Part shown: positions 55,106 to 64,000 of the stretch, in pieces
How positions within the stretch are numbered: the stretch's first letter is position 1
Layout: each line of letters begins with the position of its first letter
Assembly (NCBI GenBank): GCA_037310415.1
Contig: CP147780.1
Location: forward strand, 416,001 to 480,000
Length of the DNA stretch: 64,000 nt
Origin: Candidatus Atabeyarchaeum deiterrae
GTDB lineage: Archaea > Asgardarchaeota > Atabeyarchaeia > Atabeyarchaeales > Atabeyarchaeaceae
Direction of reading: 5' to 3'
The notes under the pieces: model-generated
What the model was told of the DNA's origin: nothing
Database searches by the model: none
What the model saw: the letters and a program-made list of their open reading frames with translations, nothing else
Made by a program: the position numbers and the translations under genes

Positions 55106-55180
55106 TGGACCGGGTGGGATTTGAACCCACGACCTCCGGCTTGCAAAGCCGGCGCGGCTTCCAGCCTGCGCTACCGGCCC
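55106..55180 (-). tRNA. tRNA-Ala(TGC), intronless, CCA not encoded
   Basis: GGGCCGG/CCGGTCC acceptor, CCGGC-TTTGCAA-GCCGG, TTCAAAT T-loop. Confidence 0.94.
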
Positions 55181-55218
55181 ACCATAGGAGCCGTTCACTA
55201 GCGAAGATAAGGATTGAG

Positions 55219-55330
55219 GGCCGGGAGCGGGATTTGAACCCGCGTCAAGGGCTCCACAGGCCCCTAGGCTAACCACTCTTGAGACGCTACCCAGCTACTC
55301 ATCGATGGGGAGCGTTATCCCATCCCGGCC
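55219..55330 (-). tRNA. tRNA-His(GTG) with encoded G-1 and a 39-nt D-arm intron (55316-55278)
   Basis: GGGGC-CTGTGGA-GCCCT arm, C73; BHB TGGG/CTCA with AT^A and AG^A bulges, ACGCT/AGCGT inner stem. Confidence 0.9.
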
Positions 55331-55463
55331 ACTTGAACGATCTTTCATTGTAGACGAGGATTAAAGATTTTGTCACTTTTCTTATAAACTCTTTGACCTG
55401 CAACTGCGTAACGATGTCTGACCAAGGATCATCGCCAACGAAAAATAGGAGAGGCTAACCAAG

Positions 55464-55766
55464 TCATTTGAAAAGTCCTTGTAGAACTATTGCAGATGTG
55501 AATAGGGCCCGGTTGCCTCCTACATAATAGGCTATTCTCAGTGCTTCGACAATCTCTTCTTTGGTGGCCCCGACTTTCATGGCTCTCTGACCCAGTGCGG
55601 TGGCTCCTTGTGTTGCCCCATGCTCCGCATCTAATGCCATGGCTATTAGTAGCTTGACCCTTTGGGGTAGTACTCCTTCTGACAAAGCTGTACTTTGTAG
55701 ATGATCGAAGCATTCCATCACTTTCGGATCGAATTTCCTGTAGATATCCATAGGATTACCAAACAT
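55464..55766 (-). CDS. Carboxymuconolactone decarboxylase/AhpD-like protein
   Basis: L..RVKLLIAMALDA, GATKEEIVEAL; no CxxC. Confidence 0.85.
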   Translation of the reverse strand: MFGNPMDIYRKFDPKVMECFDHLQSTALSEGVLPQRVKLLIAMALDAEHGATQGATALGQRAMKVGATKEEIVEALRIAYYVGGNRALFTSAIVLQGLFK

Positions 55767-55923
55767 GATATCACCAATGGCACAGTATAGAGCCGCCTAA
55801 ATAGGATTTGGCTTGTCATGGAGCGCCTCTGGGAAATGGATAGTTCGCTCTCCTATTTGGTAGCTTACTTAGAAGAATGAGTCGGCAAGCTCATGCCGAA
55901 TAGTCTAAGAATGTTTGACCAAG

Positions 55924-56268
55924 TGGTGCGGGGGGTGGGGTTCGAACCCACGCAGGCCTACGCCGATAGGTTTCCTAGAAGATTGCCTAGAGGTCTTGCG
56001 CCTTCTGGAGTCCCCCATAGTTTGGAAGAGTCTTTTCTGCCAGCCCCATTTCCAGTGGTATCGACCCTTACCATATCTCTCCCTCTGAGTTCGAGCAAGT
56101 GCTCACCAACGGCTGAGCCATGAGTGCCATCGTCCAATGTCACCGACGTCAAGGATTGCTTGACCAACTAGCGCATACGCTACCATTTTGTCTGAATAAG
56201 CAAGCTCTTTCATTCTGGGCAAAGTTCTCCTAAGCCTACCTCCTTTGACCAGGCTCGGACACCCCCGC
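55924..56268 (-). tRNA. tRNA-Leu(TAG) with a 257-nt intron at 37/38 (56228-55972)
   Basis: 5' half GCGGGGGTGTCCGAGCCTGGTCAAAGGAGGTAGGCTTAGG; 3' half ACCTATCGGCGTAGGCCTGCGTGGGTTCGAACCCCACCCCCCGCACCA; BHB CTTA/TAGG. Confidence 0.92.
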
Positions 56269-56521
56269 AACAAGGCGGCTTCCGATTTGTCTGCTTAGTT
56301 CTATGAGTAATTTCCCTTTTACCCTTTTTGTCTTCCCTAAGTTATCATGGTGTAGCTATTGAGAACCATCTTGCCAAAGAGGCATCTTCCGTTCAGAACA
56401 GGTCTCCGTCCTGGATAGTCCTTCATTGCATCATTTGCGGAGATCTCTATTCTTATGCGAAACCTTTTTAGTTTTCTTCAATAGTAAGAGTTCAAATGAC
56501 AGCCACAAGAATACTGTCAAA

Positions 56522-57025
56522 ATGGGAGAGTGGCATTATTTGCCAGGCAAAGATACTAAAGTAGATTTGAGTTTGAAGGGAAAAGAGTACGCACCCATAA
56601 AGTTCAAGGTTGAGAAGGCGCACATTGCTGCTTTTGCCCAAGCGGTCGACGATCCAAACAAGCTCTATTTCGATGAGAAGTACGCGGCAAAAACAAAGTA
56701 CAAGGGAATAATCGCCCCCCCAACTTATTCCGTGTGTTTCGGTGGTCCGCTGGAGGTTGGTAAACAGCCACCTACGCCACTGGTCCAAGTTGCTTTAGAT
56801 GCTAAGATAAATGTGGGGATCATGGTTCATGGAGAACAGCAATTTGAGTATCTCACACCAGTACGCCCAGGAGACGACATAACAACGATTGCAAGAATCG
56901 CGAATGTTGAGCACAAGCCGCGTAAAGATGGAAGCAAGCGTGGCATAGTAACGGTTGAAGTTACTTCCAAGAACCAGAAAGGTGAGAAAGTCACTGTTTC
57001 TCATGTCGTCCTAATAGAAAGATAG
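56522..57025 (+). CDS. MaoC-like hotdog-fold dehydratase, N-terminal-type subunit
   Basis: FAQAVDDPN, IAPPT, HGEQQFEY..PVRPGD. Confidence 0.85.
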   Translation: MGEWHYLPGKDTKVDLSLKGKEYAPIKFKVEKAHIAAFAQAVDDPNKLYFDEKYAAKTKYKGIIAPPTYSVCFGGPLEVGKQPPTPLVQVALDAKINVGIMVHGEQQFEYLTPVRPGDDITTIARIANVEHKPRKDGSKRGIVTVEVTSKNQKGEKVTVSHVVLIER

Positions 57026-57048
57026 CGCAAGGAGAAGTGAGAAAGCGA

Positions 57049-57474
57049 ATGAGCAGCCAAGTTGGTTTTGATAAGATCAAAGTTGGAGACATTATTCCTC
57101 CTCTGACGAAGGGTCCTTTAACAAGGGAATGGATTAAGAAATATGCAGACGCATCAGGCGATCACAATCCAATCCACGTCGATGACAAATACGCTACAGC
57201 GTTCGGTCTTCCAGGCGTCATAGCACATGGAATGCTAAACATGGGATTTGTTGCCCAGCACGTGGCGAACTGGGCTGGTCTGGACGGCAACCTAAAGATG
57301 ATAAAGGTTCGGTTCGGAGCGATAGTTAAACCTGGAGACACGGTGACCTGTAAGGGTAAGATAAAGGACAAGAAGACCGAGGGTGGCAAGAAGACGGTTT
57401 TCTGTGAGCTTTGGGCAGAGAACCAGAAGGGTGAACAAGTGATTACAGGAGAAGCTGAAGTGATTTTCTCGTAG
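57049..57474 (+). CDS. MaoC-like (R)-enoyl-CoA hydratase subunit
   Basis: YADASGDHNPIHVD, IAHGML. Confidence 0.9.
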   Translation: MSSQVGFDKIKVGDIIPPLTKGPLTREWIKKYADASGDHNPIHVDDKYATAFGLPGVIAHGMLNMGFVAQHVANWAGLDGNLKMIKVRFGAIVKPGDTVTCKGKIKDKKTEGGKKTVFCELWAENQKGEQVITGEAEVIFS

Positions 57475-57548
57475 CTATGTTGGGTTCATTGGCGGTGCAA
57501 TAAGGTTCCCAATTACCAACTCTTTTTTTTGGTATCCCCGGCTGGGGC

Positions 57549-58574
57549 TCACAACCACTGATCTAGTCCTGTTGGCTTTGCCGATTTAGTCAAGTCTTCG
57601 ATTCTTTTTAGTGCAACTTGAACTCGTTCGAGTGAGAAACCATGGTCGTCGACAAGTAGTCGTGTCACTTTTTCCTTGTCAAGAGGCTTGGATTTGATCT
57701 CATAGTTCTGGGTTATCTTGGGATTAACAAACAATTCTCTAACCTCGCTAAGGGACACGGTTGGAACAATGCCTTTCTCTTTGAGAGCAATTTCGGCGTT
57801 ACCGCTTTTCTTGACAAGCTTCAACGCAGTTTTCGGTCCAATACCCTTTGTTCCCGGATTGTAATCCGTGCCGAGGACTATTGCTATCTCGATAAGCTGT
57901 TCTCTAGTTACTCCAAAACTCCTGAATGACTCTGCAGCGTCCACAAGTTCGGGCTCTACTCTGACATAGACATTTCTGCTCGGCAGCTTCCTTCTTCCGC
58001 TAATTACTATGTTTCGGATAAGTCGGGGTGAGCCGAATAGAATGGAGTCATAGTCTTGGCTGCCAGTTCCCCAAGAGTCGCCTTTCTTGGTCATATAAGC
58101 TGCTTGTGCTTCACCTTCGGAAGGCGCTTGAATCCAGGAAACACCCATACTGTCTAGGAGGTTTTTGCTCTCTTGAATCATCTCATTTGTCATGAATAGT
58201 GCGAATTGAGCGTATTTTCTTGCGGAGGACATATCTCCTGCTGTCAGAGCTTCTTGCCATTTCTGTTTCGCCGCCTCTCTCTGTTTTTGCCGCTCTTTAA
58301 TGGTGTCTTTCTTCAAGCTAGGGGCTTCGCCATCAAAGACGAACACCAGTCGGATGTCCGACTCCATGAGGTTTACGGTTCGATAAAAAAGTCCGCTTAG
58401 GTGTGAAGTAACCCTCATTTTCTGATCCATTAGAGGAGTCCCATCAGGCTGTCTGATGACACTCAGAAAGGCGTAGAGGTAGTTCAAGGCATCGATGGTA
58501 AGAACACGCCGGCTCAGTTCCTCCATACCAACCTTCCTCTTGACCATTAAGTCCCCTAAGTTTTGCACTCCCAA
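57549..58574 (-). CDS. fen: Flap endonuclease 1
   Basis: IRQPDGTPL, VFDG, APSEGEAQAA, SQDYD, GTDYNPG, C-terminal PIP-like LDQW. Confidence 0.95.
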   Translation of the reverse strand: MGVQNLGDLMVKRKVGMEELSRRVLTIDALNYLYAFLSVIRQPDGTPLMDQKMRVTSHLSGLFYRTVNLMESDIRLVFVFDGEAPSLKKDTIKERQKQREAAKQKWQEALTAGDMSSARKYAQFALFMTNEMIQESKNLLDSMGVSWIQAPSEGEAQAAYMTKKGDSWGTGSQDYDSILFGSPRLIRNIVISGRRKLPSRNVYVRVEPELVDAAESFRSFGVTREQLIEIAIVLGTDYNPGTKGIGPKTALKLVKKSGNAEIALKEKGIVPTVSLSEVRELFVNPKITQNYEIKSKPLDKEKVTRLLVDDHGFSLERVQVALKRIEDLTKSAKPTGLDQWL

Positions 58575-58643
58575 CCTCCAATTCACCACCCGACTGATAC
58601 TGGACTGAGAAATGTCTGAGTACTTGCCAGCATCCTTTGCTAA

Positions 58644-58946
58644 CTAGTCTTCACTTACTGGGAGGAATTCCGCGCCCGGTTTGATCGCCTCAATGCGTCT
58701 CTTGGTCTTGGTTATTCTAGATACGTGGATTATTCCATTGATCTCCAGATCCATTAGCGCCTTGTTCAAAGATGAGGGGGATACGTCGCCGTAATCTCTT
58801 TCCAGTATGGCTATCAGTTCATTGTCGAGTATTATGCCCTGATGTTTCGCCAAGACGTATAAGATTACGTTCCTCATGGGAAGTGCGTTCCAAGACCTTT
58901 GTTCCATTGCCGCAGTCTCCTTAACCTTACGTAGCAGGTGGATCAT
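58644..58946 (-). CDS. Small winged-helix protein coupled to cdc48
   Basis: LNKALMDLEINGIIHV wHTH-like motif; start may be ~58907. Confidence 0.7.
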   Translation of the reverse strand: MIHLLRKVKETAAMEQRSWNALPMRNVILYVLAKHQGIILDNELIAILERDYGDVSPSSLNKALMDLEINGIIHVSRITKTKRRIEAIKPGAEFLPVSED

Positions 58947-61135
58947 ACAACTGTATCGGACTCACTTAACCATTGCTTTCTTGGGTTTTGGACAAAAGCT
59001 TCGTATCTCCTCACAACCTCGGGCGTAACTGACGAATGCATTTTCTTCATACTTTGATCGAAGTGAGCATGTTTTACGGTAGCGCTCTTCTCTCTAATAG
59101 CGATTATTGCAGCTTCTCTGCACAGATTCTCGAGGTCGGCGCCCAAATAACCATCAGTATCATTAGCGATTCGGTCAATGTTGACGTCTTGTTCAAGTGG
59201 CATATCTCGAGTATAGATTTCCAGTATTTGAATTCGCTCATCTTTGTTTGGTGGCGGAACATAGATTATTCGGTCAATTCGACCCGGTCTGAGCAATGCT
59301 GGCTCTAAAATGTCAGGACGGTTGGTGGCGCACATGACTGCAACGTTCTCAACGGTAGCCAATTCGTCCATCTCTGTAAGGAGTTGACTAACGACTCGTT
59401 CTGGAACATTTGAGTCATTTGCCGCGTATTCTCTCCTCCGAGCTATGGAATCGATCTCATCTATGAAAATTACTGTTGGGGCAGCAGCACGGGCCTTTCG
59501 AAAGATCTCTCGAATCGCTTTCTCCGATTCCCCGACCCATTTACTAATGACCTCAGGGCCTCTTATGCTGATGAAGTTGGCCTCACTTTCGGTCGCAACA
59601 GCTTTTGCTAAAAGAGTCTTGCCACATCCGGGTGGCCCAAAGAGAAGAACGCTTCTTGGAGGTTTTACTCCCATCTTTCTGAAGTCCCCGCTTTTCTTCA
59701 ATGGCCACTCGACGACTTCCAGTAATTCTTGCTTCACAGCAGCAAGTCCTCCGATTTCATTCCAGTGTACGGAGGGGACCTCGATAATAATCTCTCTCAA
59801 AGCGGAAGGTTGGATATCCTTTAGAGCTTCGTCAAAATCCTGCATTGTAATTTTGAGATTATCTATTGCTTGATTTGGGATGTTTCCCTCTTCAAAGATT
59901 AATGAAGGAATGTGGCTGCGCAGAGAACGCATTGCCGCCTCTCGGCAAAGCGCTGACAAGTCTGCCCCAACAAAACCGTGCGTTTTTTCGCTTATCCTCA
60001 CTAAGTCAACGTCCTCCGCCAGTGGCATCCATCTTGTATGAATCTGAAGTATCTCTAGTCGCTCTCTCGCCGCTGGAACTGGTAGCTCTATCTCACGGTC
60101 GAATCTTCCAGGTCGCCTCAAAGCTGGGTCTATGGTGTTTGCTCTGTTTGTGGCGCCAATCACGATGACTTTACCTTTGCGGTACAACCCATCCATCAGC
60201 GATAGCAGCTGAGCTACTATTCTTCTCTCGGTTTCGGCAGTAGTCTCTTCCCTCTTTGGAGCTATTGCATCAATCTCGTCGATGAATATTATCGCTGGAG
60301 AATTGTCTTCGGCTTCCTTGAAGACTTCACGGATGTGTTTCTCTGATTCGCCATAGAATTTACTGATGATTTCTGGGCCATTTATAGCTATGAAATGCGC
60401 GTCTGATTCATTTGCCACCGCCCTAGCGAGTAAGGTCTTCCCACATCCAGGAGTTCCATATAATAGGACTCCTCGAGGTGGTTCTATTCCCAGTTTGTCG
60501 AAGACCTCGGGATGCTTAAGTGGTAGTTCAACAATCTCGCGCAGCTTGAAGATCGCGTCGCTCAGACCACCAATATCTTCGTAGCTGATATAGGGTATGT
60601 TCCTTGCTTGCGACTGAAGATGTGGTCCGTCACTTACGTGAACTGTTGTTTGTGGTTTAATGATCACGACGCCCTCAGGTCGGGTTTTTGTGACGACAAA
60701 CGAGAGCCCTTTGGTTATCATAGTGACTGAGATGATGTCACCCTGCGAAGTCGGATAATTGATTAACCTGTTTTTAACAAATGCTTCGAACCTAGGATCA
60801 CCAGAAGGTTGTTTAGACATTGGTTTGAGAACAACTGAGACTGCTGGTTTCTCGGAGGCTTTCTTAACGATTACCTTGTCGCCCAGACCAACGCCGGCGT
60901 TTCTTCTGAGATAACCATCCATTCTGATTATTCCAGGATCATCAACATCTGGGCGCGTGGACCAAGCAATGGCAGCTGTCACGCGCTTGCCTTTAATCTC
61001 GATTATGCTTCCTGTTTGAATGTTGAGTTTCTCGAGAACATCGTCACTAAGTCTGGCTTTGAATCTACCAACGTCCTTTCTATGTGCTTCCTCAACCTTC
61101 AGTTGTAAACCACCTGTCCCCTGCAAGATCCTCAC
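58943..61135 (-). CDS. cdc48: Cdc48/VAT AAA+ ATPase
   Basis: N-domain plus two AAA modules ([16 protein letters not shown]), FIDEID, RPGRFD/RPGRID. Confidence 0.95.
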   Translation of the reverse strand: MRILQGTGGLQLKVEEAHRKDVGRFKARLSDDVLEKLNIQTGSIIEIKGKRVTAAIAWSTRPDVDDPGIIRMDGYLRRNAGVGLGDKVIVKKASEKPAVSVVLKPMSKQPSGDPRFEAFVKNRLINYPTSQGDIISVTMITKGLSFVVTKTRPEGVVIIKPQTTVHVSDGPHLQSQARNIPYISYEDIGGLSDAIFKLREIVELPLKHPEVFDKLGIEPPRGVLLYGTPGCGKTLLARAVANESDAHFIAINGPEIISKFYGESEKHIREVFKEAEDNSPAIIFIDEIDAIAPKREETTAETERRIVAQLLSLMDGLYRKGKVIVIGATNRANTIDPALRRPGRFDREIELPVPAARERLEILQIHTRWMPLAEDVDLVRISEKTHGFVGADLSALCREAAMRSLRSHIPSLIFEEGNIPNQAIDNLKITMQDFDEALKDIQPSALREIIIEVPSVHWNEIGGLAAVKQELLEVVEWPLKKSGDFRKMGVKPPRSVLLFGPPGCGKTLLAKAVATESEANFISIRGPEVISKWVGESEKAIREIFRKARAAAPTVIFIDEIDSIARRREYAANDSNVPERVVSQLLTEMDELATVENVAVMCATNRPDILEPALLRPGRIDRIIYVPPPNKDERIQILEIYTRDMPLEQDVNIDRIANDTDGYLGADLENLCREAAIIAIREKSATVKHAHFDQSMKKMHSSVTPEVVRRYEAFVQNPRKQWLSESDTVV

Positions 61136-61349
61136 CCCTAATACGCGGAGAAGAGTTTGTCATTTTTCGGTTCGATGTTGTGCTCACATTAAGTCAAATA
61201 TCGAGAAAGAGACCTCAATGAGAGTGTCTCATGATCCAAGTATCTATAGGTATTAGTGAATGACTCACCTTGACTTCAAATGAGTTTGCGGATGACTTAC
61301 TGACCGTGTCTAGCATCAATCAAGTCTGCCGCAAATAGAGTACTGAGTT

Positions 61350-61616
61350 CTATAGCCTGCTAACGAACTCAACCTGAACGTCGCTGACACCTTTAACCCC
61401 TCTTATCGTTTCCTCAACAAGATCAGTTCCACCGGAGTCATCAGGCAAGACCAAATTGAGTCTCAATGCTTTGATTCCAAATGCAATTTCCTCTATTTCC
61501 GATTTCCTGATGGAAACCTTTGAGGGTAGCTTGTCAGCGATAGCTTGCTGTAAGTCGTCCATGCTAGTGTCAGCGCTTTCAGGCATCACTTTGACTACTG
61601 CTAGAACCTTTGTCAT
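61350..61616 (-). CDS. ef1b: Elongation factor 1-beta
   Basis: KVMPES, IAFGIKAL, GGTD. Confidence 0.93.
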   Translation of the reverse strand: MTKVLAVVKVMPESADTSMDDLQQAIADKLPSKVSIRKSEIEEIAFGIKALRLNLVLPDDSGGTDLVEETIRGVKGVSDVQVEFVSRL

Positions 61617-61803
61617 ATTACATCGCGCCATTATAACAGATTACTGCTATGAGTATGAAGATTAGATCCTAATGCTCATTAGTTTTCTTTTATTCTTTGT
61701 GTTGAATACCCAGTAGGAAAAGAATAACCACACAGAATAAATCAAACATTTGAGTTAGTCGAACTCATCATAAGAGTTGACCACAACTTCCATATTCACC
61801 CAG

Positions 61804-61980
61804 CTACGGTCCAGTGAAGCTGCATTTTGCGCAACGATAGGTGTTGCCGAACTTTCTGCATTTGCCGCAGCGCCATATTACAACCTCGCCACAATTGGGG
61901 CATGTGAAATGCACAGCTTGATCCCCAGGTTGGATGAAACGACCACAACTCGTGCAAGCAGGCATTTGAATCCGAGACAT
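61804..61980 (-). CDS. Small Zn-finger protein (DUF1610 / HVO_2753-type), below the ORF-track size cutoff
   Basis: Manual translation MSRIQMPACTSCGRFIQPGDQAVHFTCPNCGEVVIWRCGKCRKFGNTYRCAKCSFTGP; usual position upstream of ef1b. Confidence 0.9.
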   Translation of the reverse strand: MSRIQMPACTSCGRFIQPGDQAVHFTCPNCGEVVIWRCGKCRKFGNTYRCAKCSFTGP

Positions 61981-62080
61981 TGCTCTTGCTCACCTTTTTA
62001 GCTTGTCATCGTGTTCGAGTACCCTCGAGGAATAGGGCACAACCATATTTAAATGTAAGGTATTGAATTGAGGAATCTCA

Positions 62081-63031
62081 GTGAGCGCAATGTCTATTAT
62101 TGAGAAATCGAGGAAGATAGAAGAGATAGTGCTGCAGAACACTGGAAGGAGAGGCGTTCAAGATCTTTACCAAGCACTCGTTGAACTGACCGGCGGCTCA
62201 CCAACACTCAGAAGCGCAACCTCACTTCACAAGGCTATTATGGGTCATGGAAACGTTATCATTGCCTCAGGATTCACCATTGCCAGTGTTGGGAAATGTG
62301 AGACCGACGGTCTCATAGGATCGATTGTTCTTGCAGAGTTCTTGAACAAAATAGGTTGCCATGTCATATTCACGACTGATCCACAGAACCAGATAGTGTT
62401 TGAAAAAGTTGGAAGAGCTGCTCATTTGAACTCCTTTGAATGCGTTGGGTTCCCAATTGAACACGATTCCGCCAAGAAGGAAGCAGTTCGATCTTTCAAG
62501 GATCTTGCCCCCACCGCCTTGGTCGCCATTGAGCGCCCTGGTTGGAATAGAAAGATGATATATCATAACATGCGGGGTGAGGACATCTCCAGCAAGACTG
62601 CCAAGATTGACCACATGTTCAATATGGCCCGGTCTAGTAAGATCTTGACCATTGCTGTCGGAGATGGTGGCAACGAGATAGGAATGGGCAATATCCTCGA
62701 GGCAGTCATGAAGTCAATTCCATTCGGTTCAATATGTCAATGCCCTTGCAGAGGAGGAATCGCATGTATCACGAAAGTCGATCATCTCGTAGTTTCGTCT
62801 GTTTCAAATTGGGGCGCTTATGCTCTCGTCGCACTAACAGCTCTTCTGGCCAAAACACCTTTTCGACATACTGCAAGTCTTGAGAAAAAACTCATAGAAT
62901 CTGCTATACAAGCTGGGGCTGTTGATGGAGTAAGTGGTAGGCCCATTCCATTCGTTGATGGTCAGAGTATTGCTATCAGTTCGGATGTTGTCGAAAGAAT
63001 ATCAAAGATGCTCAGCGAACAGACATCATGA
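62081..63031 (+). CDS. DUF4392 / D-glutamate cyclase family protein
   Basis: ETDG, IERPG, YHNMRG, GDGGNEIGMG, VSNWGAY. Confidence 0.85.
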   Translation: MSAMSIIEKSRKIEEIVLQNTGRRGVQDLYQALVELTGGSPTLRSATSLHKAIMGHGNVIIASGFTIASVGKCETDGLIGSIVLAEFLNKIGCHVIFTTDPQNQIVFEKVGRAAHLNSFECVGFPIEHDSAKKEAVRSFKDLAPTALVAIERPGWNRKMIYHNMRGEDISSKTAKIDHMFNMARSSKILTIAVGDGGNEIGMGNILEAVMKSIPFGSICQCPCRGGIACITKVDHLVVSSVSNWGAYALVALTALLAKTPFRHTASLEKKLIESAIQAGAVDGVSGRPIPFVDGQSIAISSDVVERISKMLSEQTS

Positions 63032-63059
63032 TAAATGAGGACGGAACGCGGTGATTTCA

Positions 63060-63998
63060 CTAGAGAATCCCCAAGAACGAAAGGAGAAAGACAATCATTC
63101 TCTTCGGGTTGATTATTGCTGACTTGACCAATTGTGATTGGGTATCTATATCCCCCTTCTCTTCGATCAGACTTCCGAACCCACTATTCCGTATCGATCG
63201 TATCAGCTTATCCGTCAAAAAGTCAGGCAGGTGATTCAATAGACGACGCACTAGGTACATCATTGAAAACTCTTGACCGAGTTGTCGGCGCCAAGATCTG
63301 TCATATCTTTCCAAGTATTGCGCGCTGAAGTTATCCGCAATAACGCTCTCTGATGCAACCTTGCTAGCAATGTGCGCGCAGATGCCGCCTGTCACGACTC
63401 CTCCACCAGTGGTTGGCTTGGTTTGCCCTGCGCAGTCCCCGACAGCTAGTAGCCTAGTTGAGTAAGTTCTTGAAATTGGCCCTCCTGTCAATATCCTCCC
63501 GCCAAGGATGCGCATTGTCTTTGCGCCCCGGAGTTTCTTGGCAGCAACTCTATGGTGAGAAACGAAATGTGATAGTAAAGCGTGCGGCTTTGGCAATGAA
63601 GAAGCCAAACCTACTCTTGCGGAACCATTTCCGGTCGGGATTATCCAGGCAAAGAATCCGCAAGCATAGACATTGCCTAAATATATCTCAACGAGATCGT
63701 CACTCTCCAGTTTGACATGACTCATTTCGAACTGTGTGGCGTAGAGTCTCATCTTTGGATTTGGTACTTCCAAACCGAGGTTACGAGTCAGTCTTGGCTG
63801 GGATCCCTCGGCTAAAACAAGCAACTCCCCTGTCAGTGTTATCTTATGCTTTGCTTTATTACTATCGACAATGTCCGCAATCACTTGAACGCCAGTATTC
63901 TCAATTCGAGTCGATTGTGCTTTCGTGTTTAGCAGTAGAGTCGACCCACTTTCAGTAGCCTCATCTGCAAGTTGCTTATCGAAAGATATCCGATCAGC
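63060..63998 (-). CDS. Geranylgeranyl reductase family flavoprotein (5'-truncated by window edge)
   Basis: DR..FDKQLA, AEG, WIIP, VGDCAGQTKPTTGGG. Confidence 0.85.
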   Translation of the reverse strand, partial: ADRISFDKQLADEATESGSTLLLNTKAQSTRIENTGVQVIADIVDSNKAKHKITLTGELLVLAEGSQPRLTRNLGLEVPNPKMRLYATQFEMSHVKLESDDLVEIYLGNVYACGFFAWIIPTGNGSARVGLASSLPKPHALLSHFVSHHRVAAKKLRGAKTMRILGGRILTGGPISRTYSTRLLAVGDCAGQTKPTTGGGVVTGGICAHIASKVASESVIADNFSAQYLERYDRSWRRQLGQEFSMMYLVRRLLNHLPDFLTDKLIRSIRNSGFGSLIEEKGDIDTQSQLVKSAIINPKRMIVFLLSFLGIL

Positions 63999-64000
63999 AA

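Noticed and set aside
55972-56228. Group I intron interpretation of the long tRNA-Leu intron
   Set aside because: The ends do not fit a U^...G^ splice that restores the anticodon loop, no convincing P7 core is visible, and the BHB fit is exact
61796-61993. 65-aa minus-strand ORF in the track
   Set aside because: Wrong frame; the real gene is the Zn-finger CDS at 61804-61980

Overview
A 64-kb archaeal chromosomal core region. An Asgard-type lineage is inferred from a eukaryote-style SECIS element and an expanded 23S helix-98/ES39 region. It carries the rps6e-aIF2gamma-rpoE-KEOPS-rps15 cluster, the rpl15e-proteasome-exosome-prefoldin superoperon, an ECF transporter, gap/fae-hps, aRF1, valS, 16S and 23S rRNA, RNase P RNA, seven tRNAs, FEN1 and Cdc48. 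Two things stand out. (1) Bulge-helix-bulge (BHB) introns have spread widely. There are 13 introns in 7 tRNA genes, including four in the initiator tRNA and one of 257 nt. There is also a 34-nt intron inside the sarcin-ricin loop of 23S rRNA, and a 31-nt BHB-type insertion that breaks the valyl-tRNA synthetase reading frame and whose predicted splicing restores the conserved DRNGLP motif. (2) A SelW/Rdx-like CxxU selenoprotein gene, absent from the ORF track, sits between the 16S and 23S genes with an AUGA_AAA_GA SECIS hairpin in its 3' UTR. aIF2gamma, and possibly valS, appear to start at AUU. All product calls come from motif recognition, not database searches.
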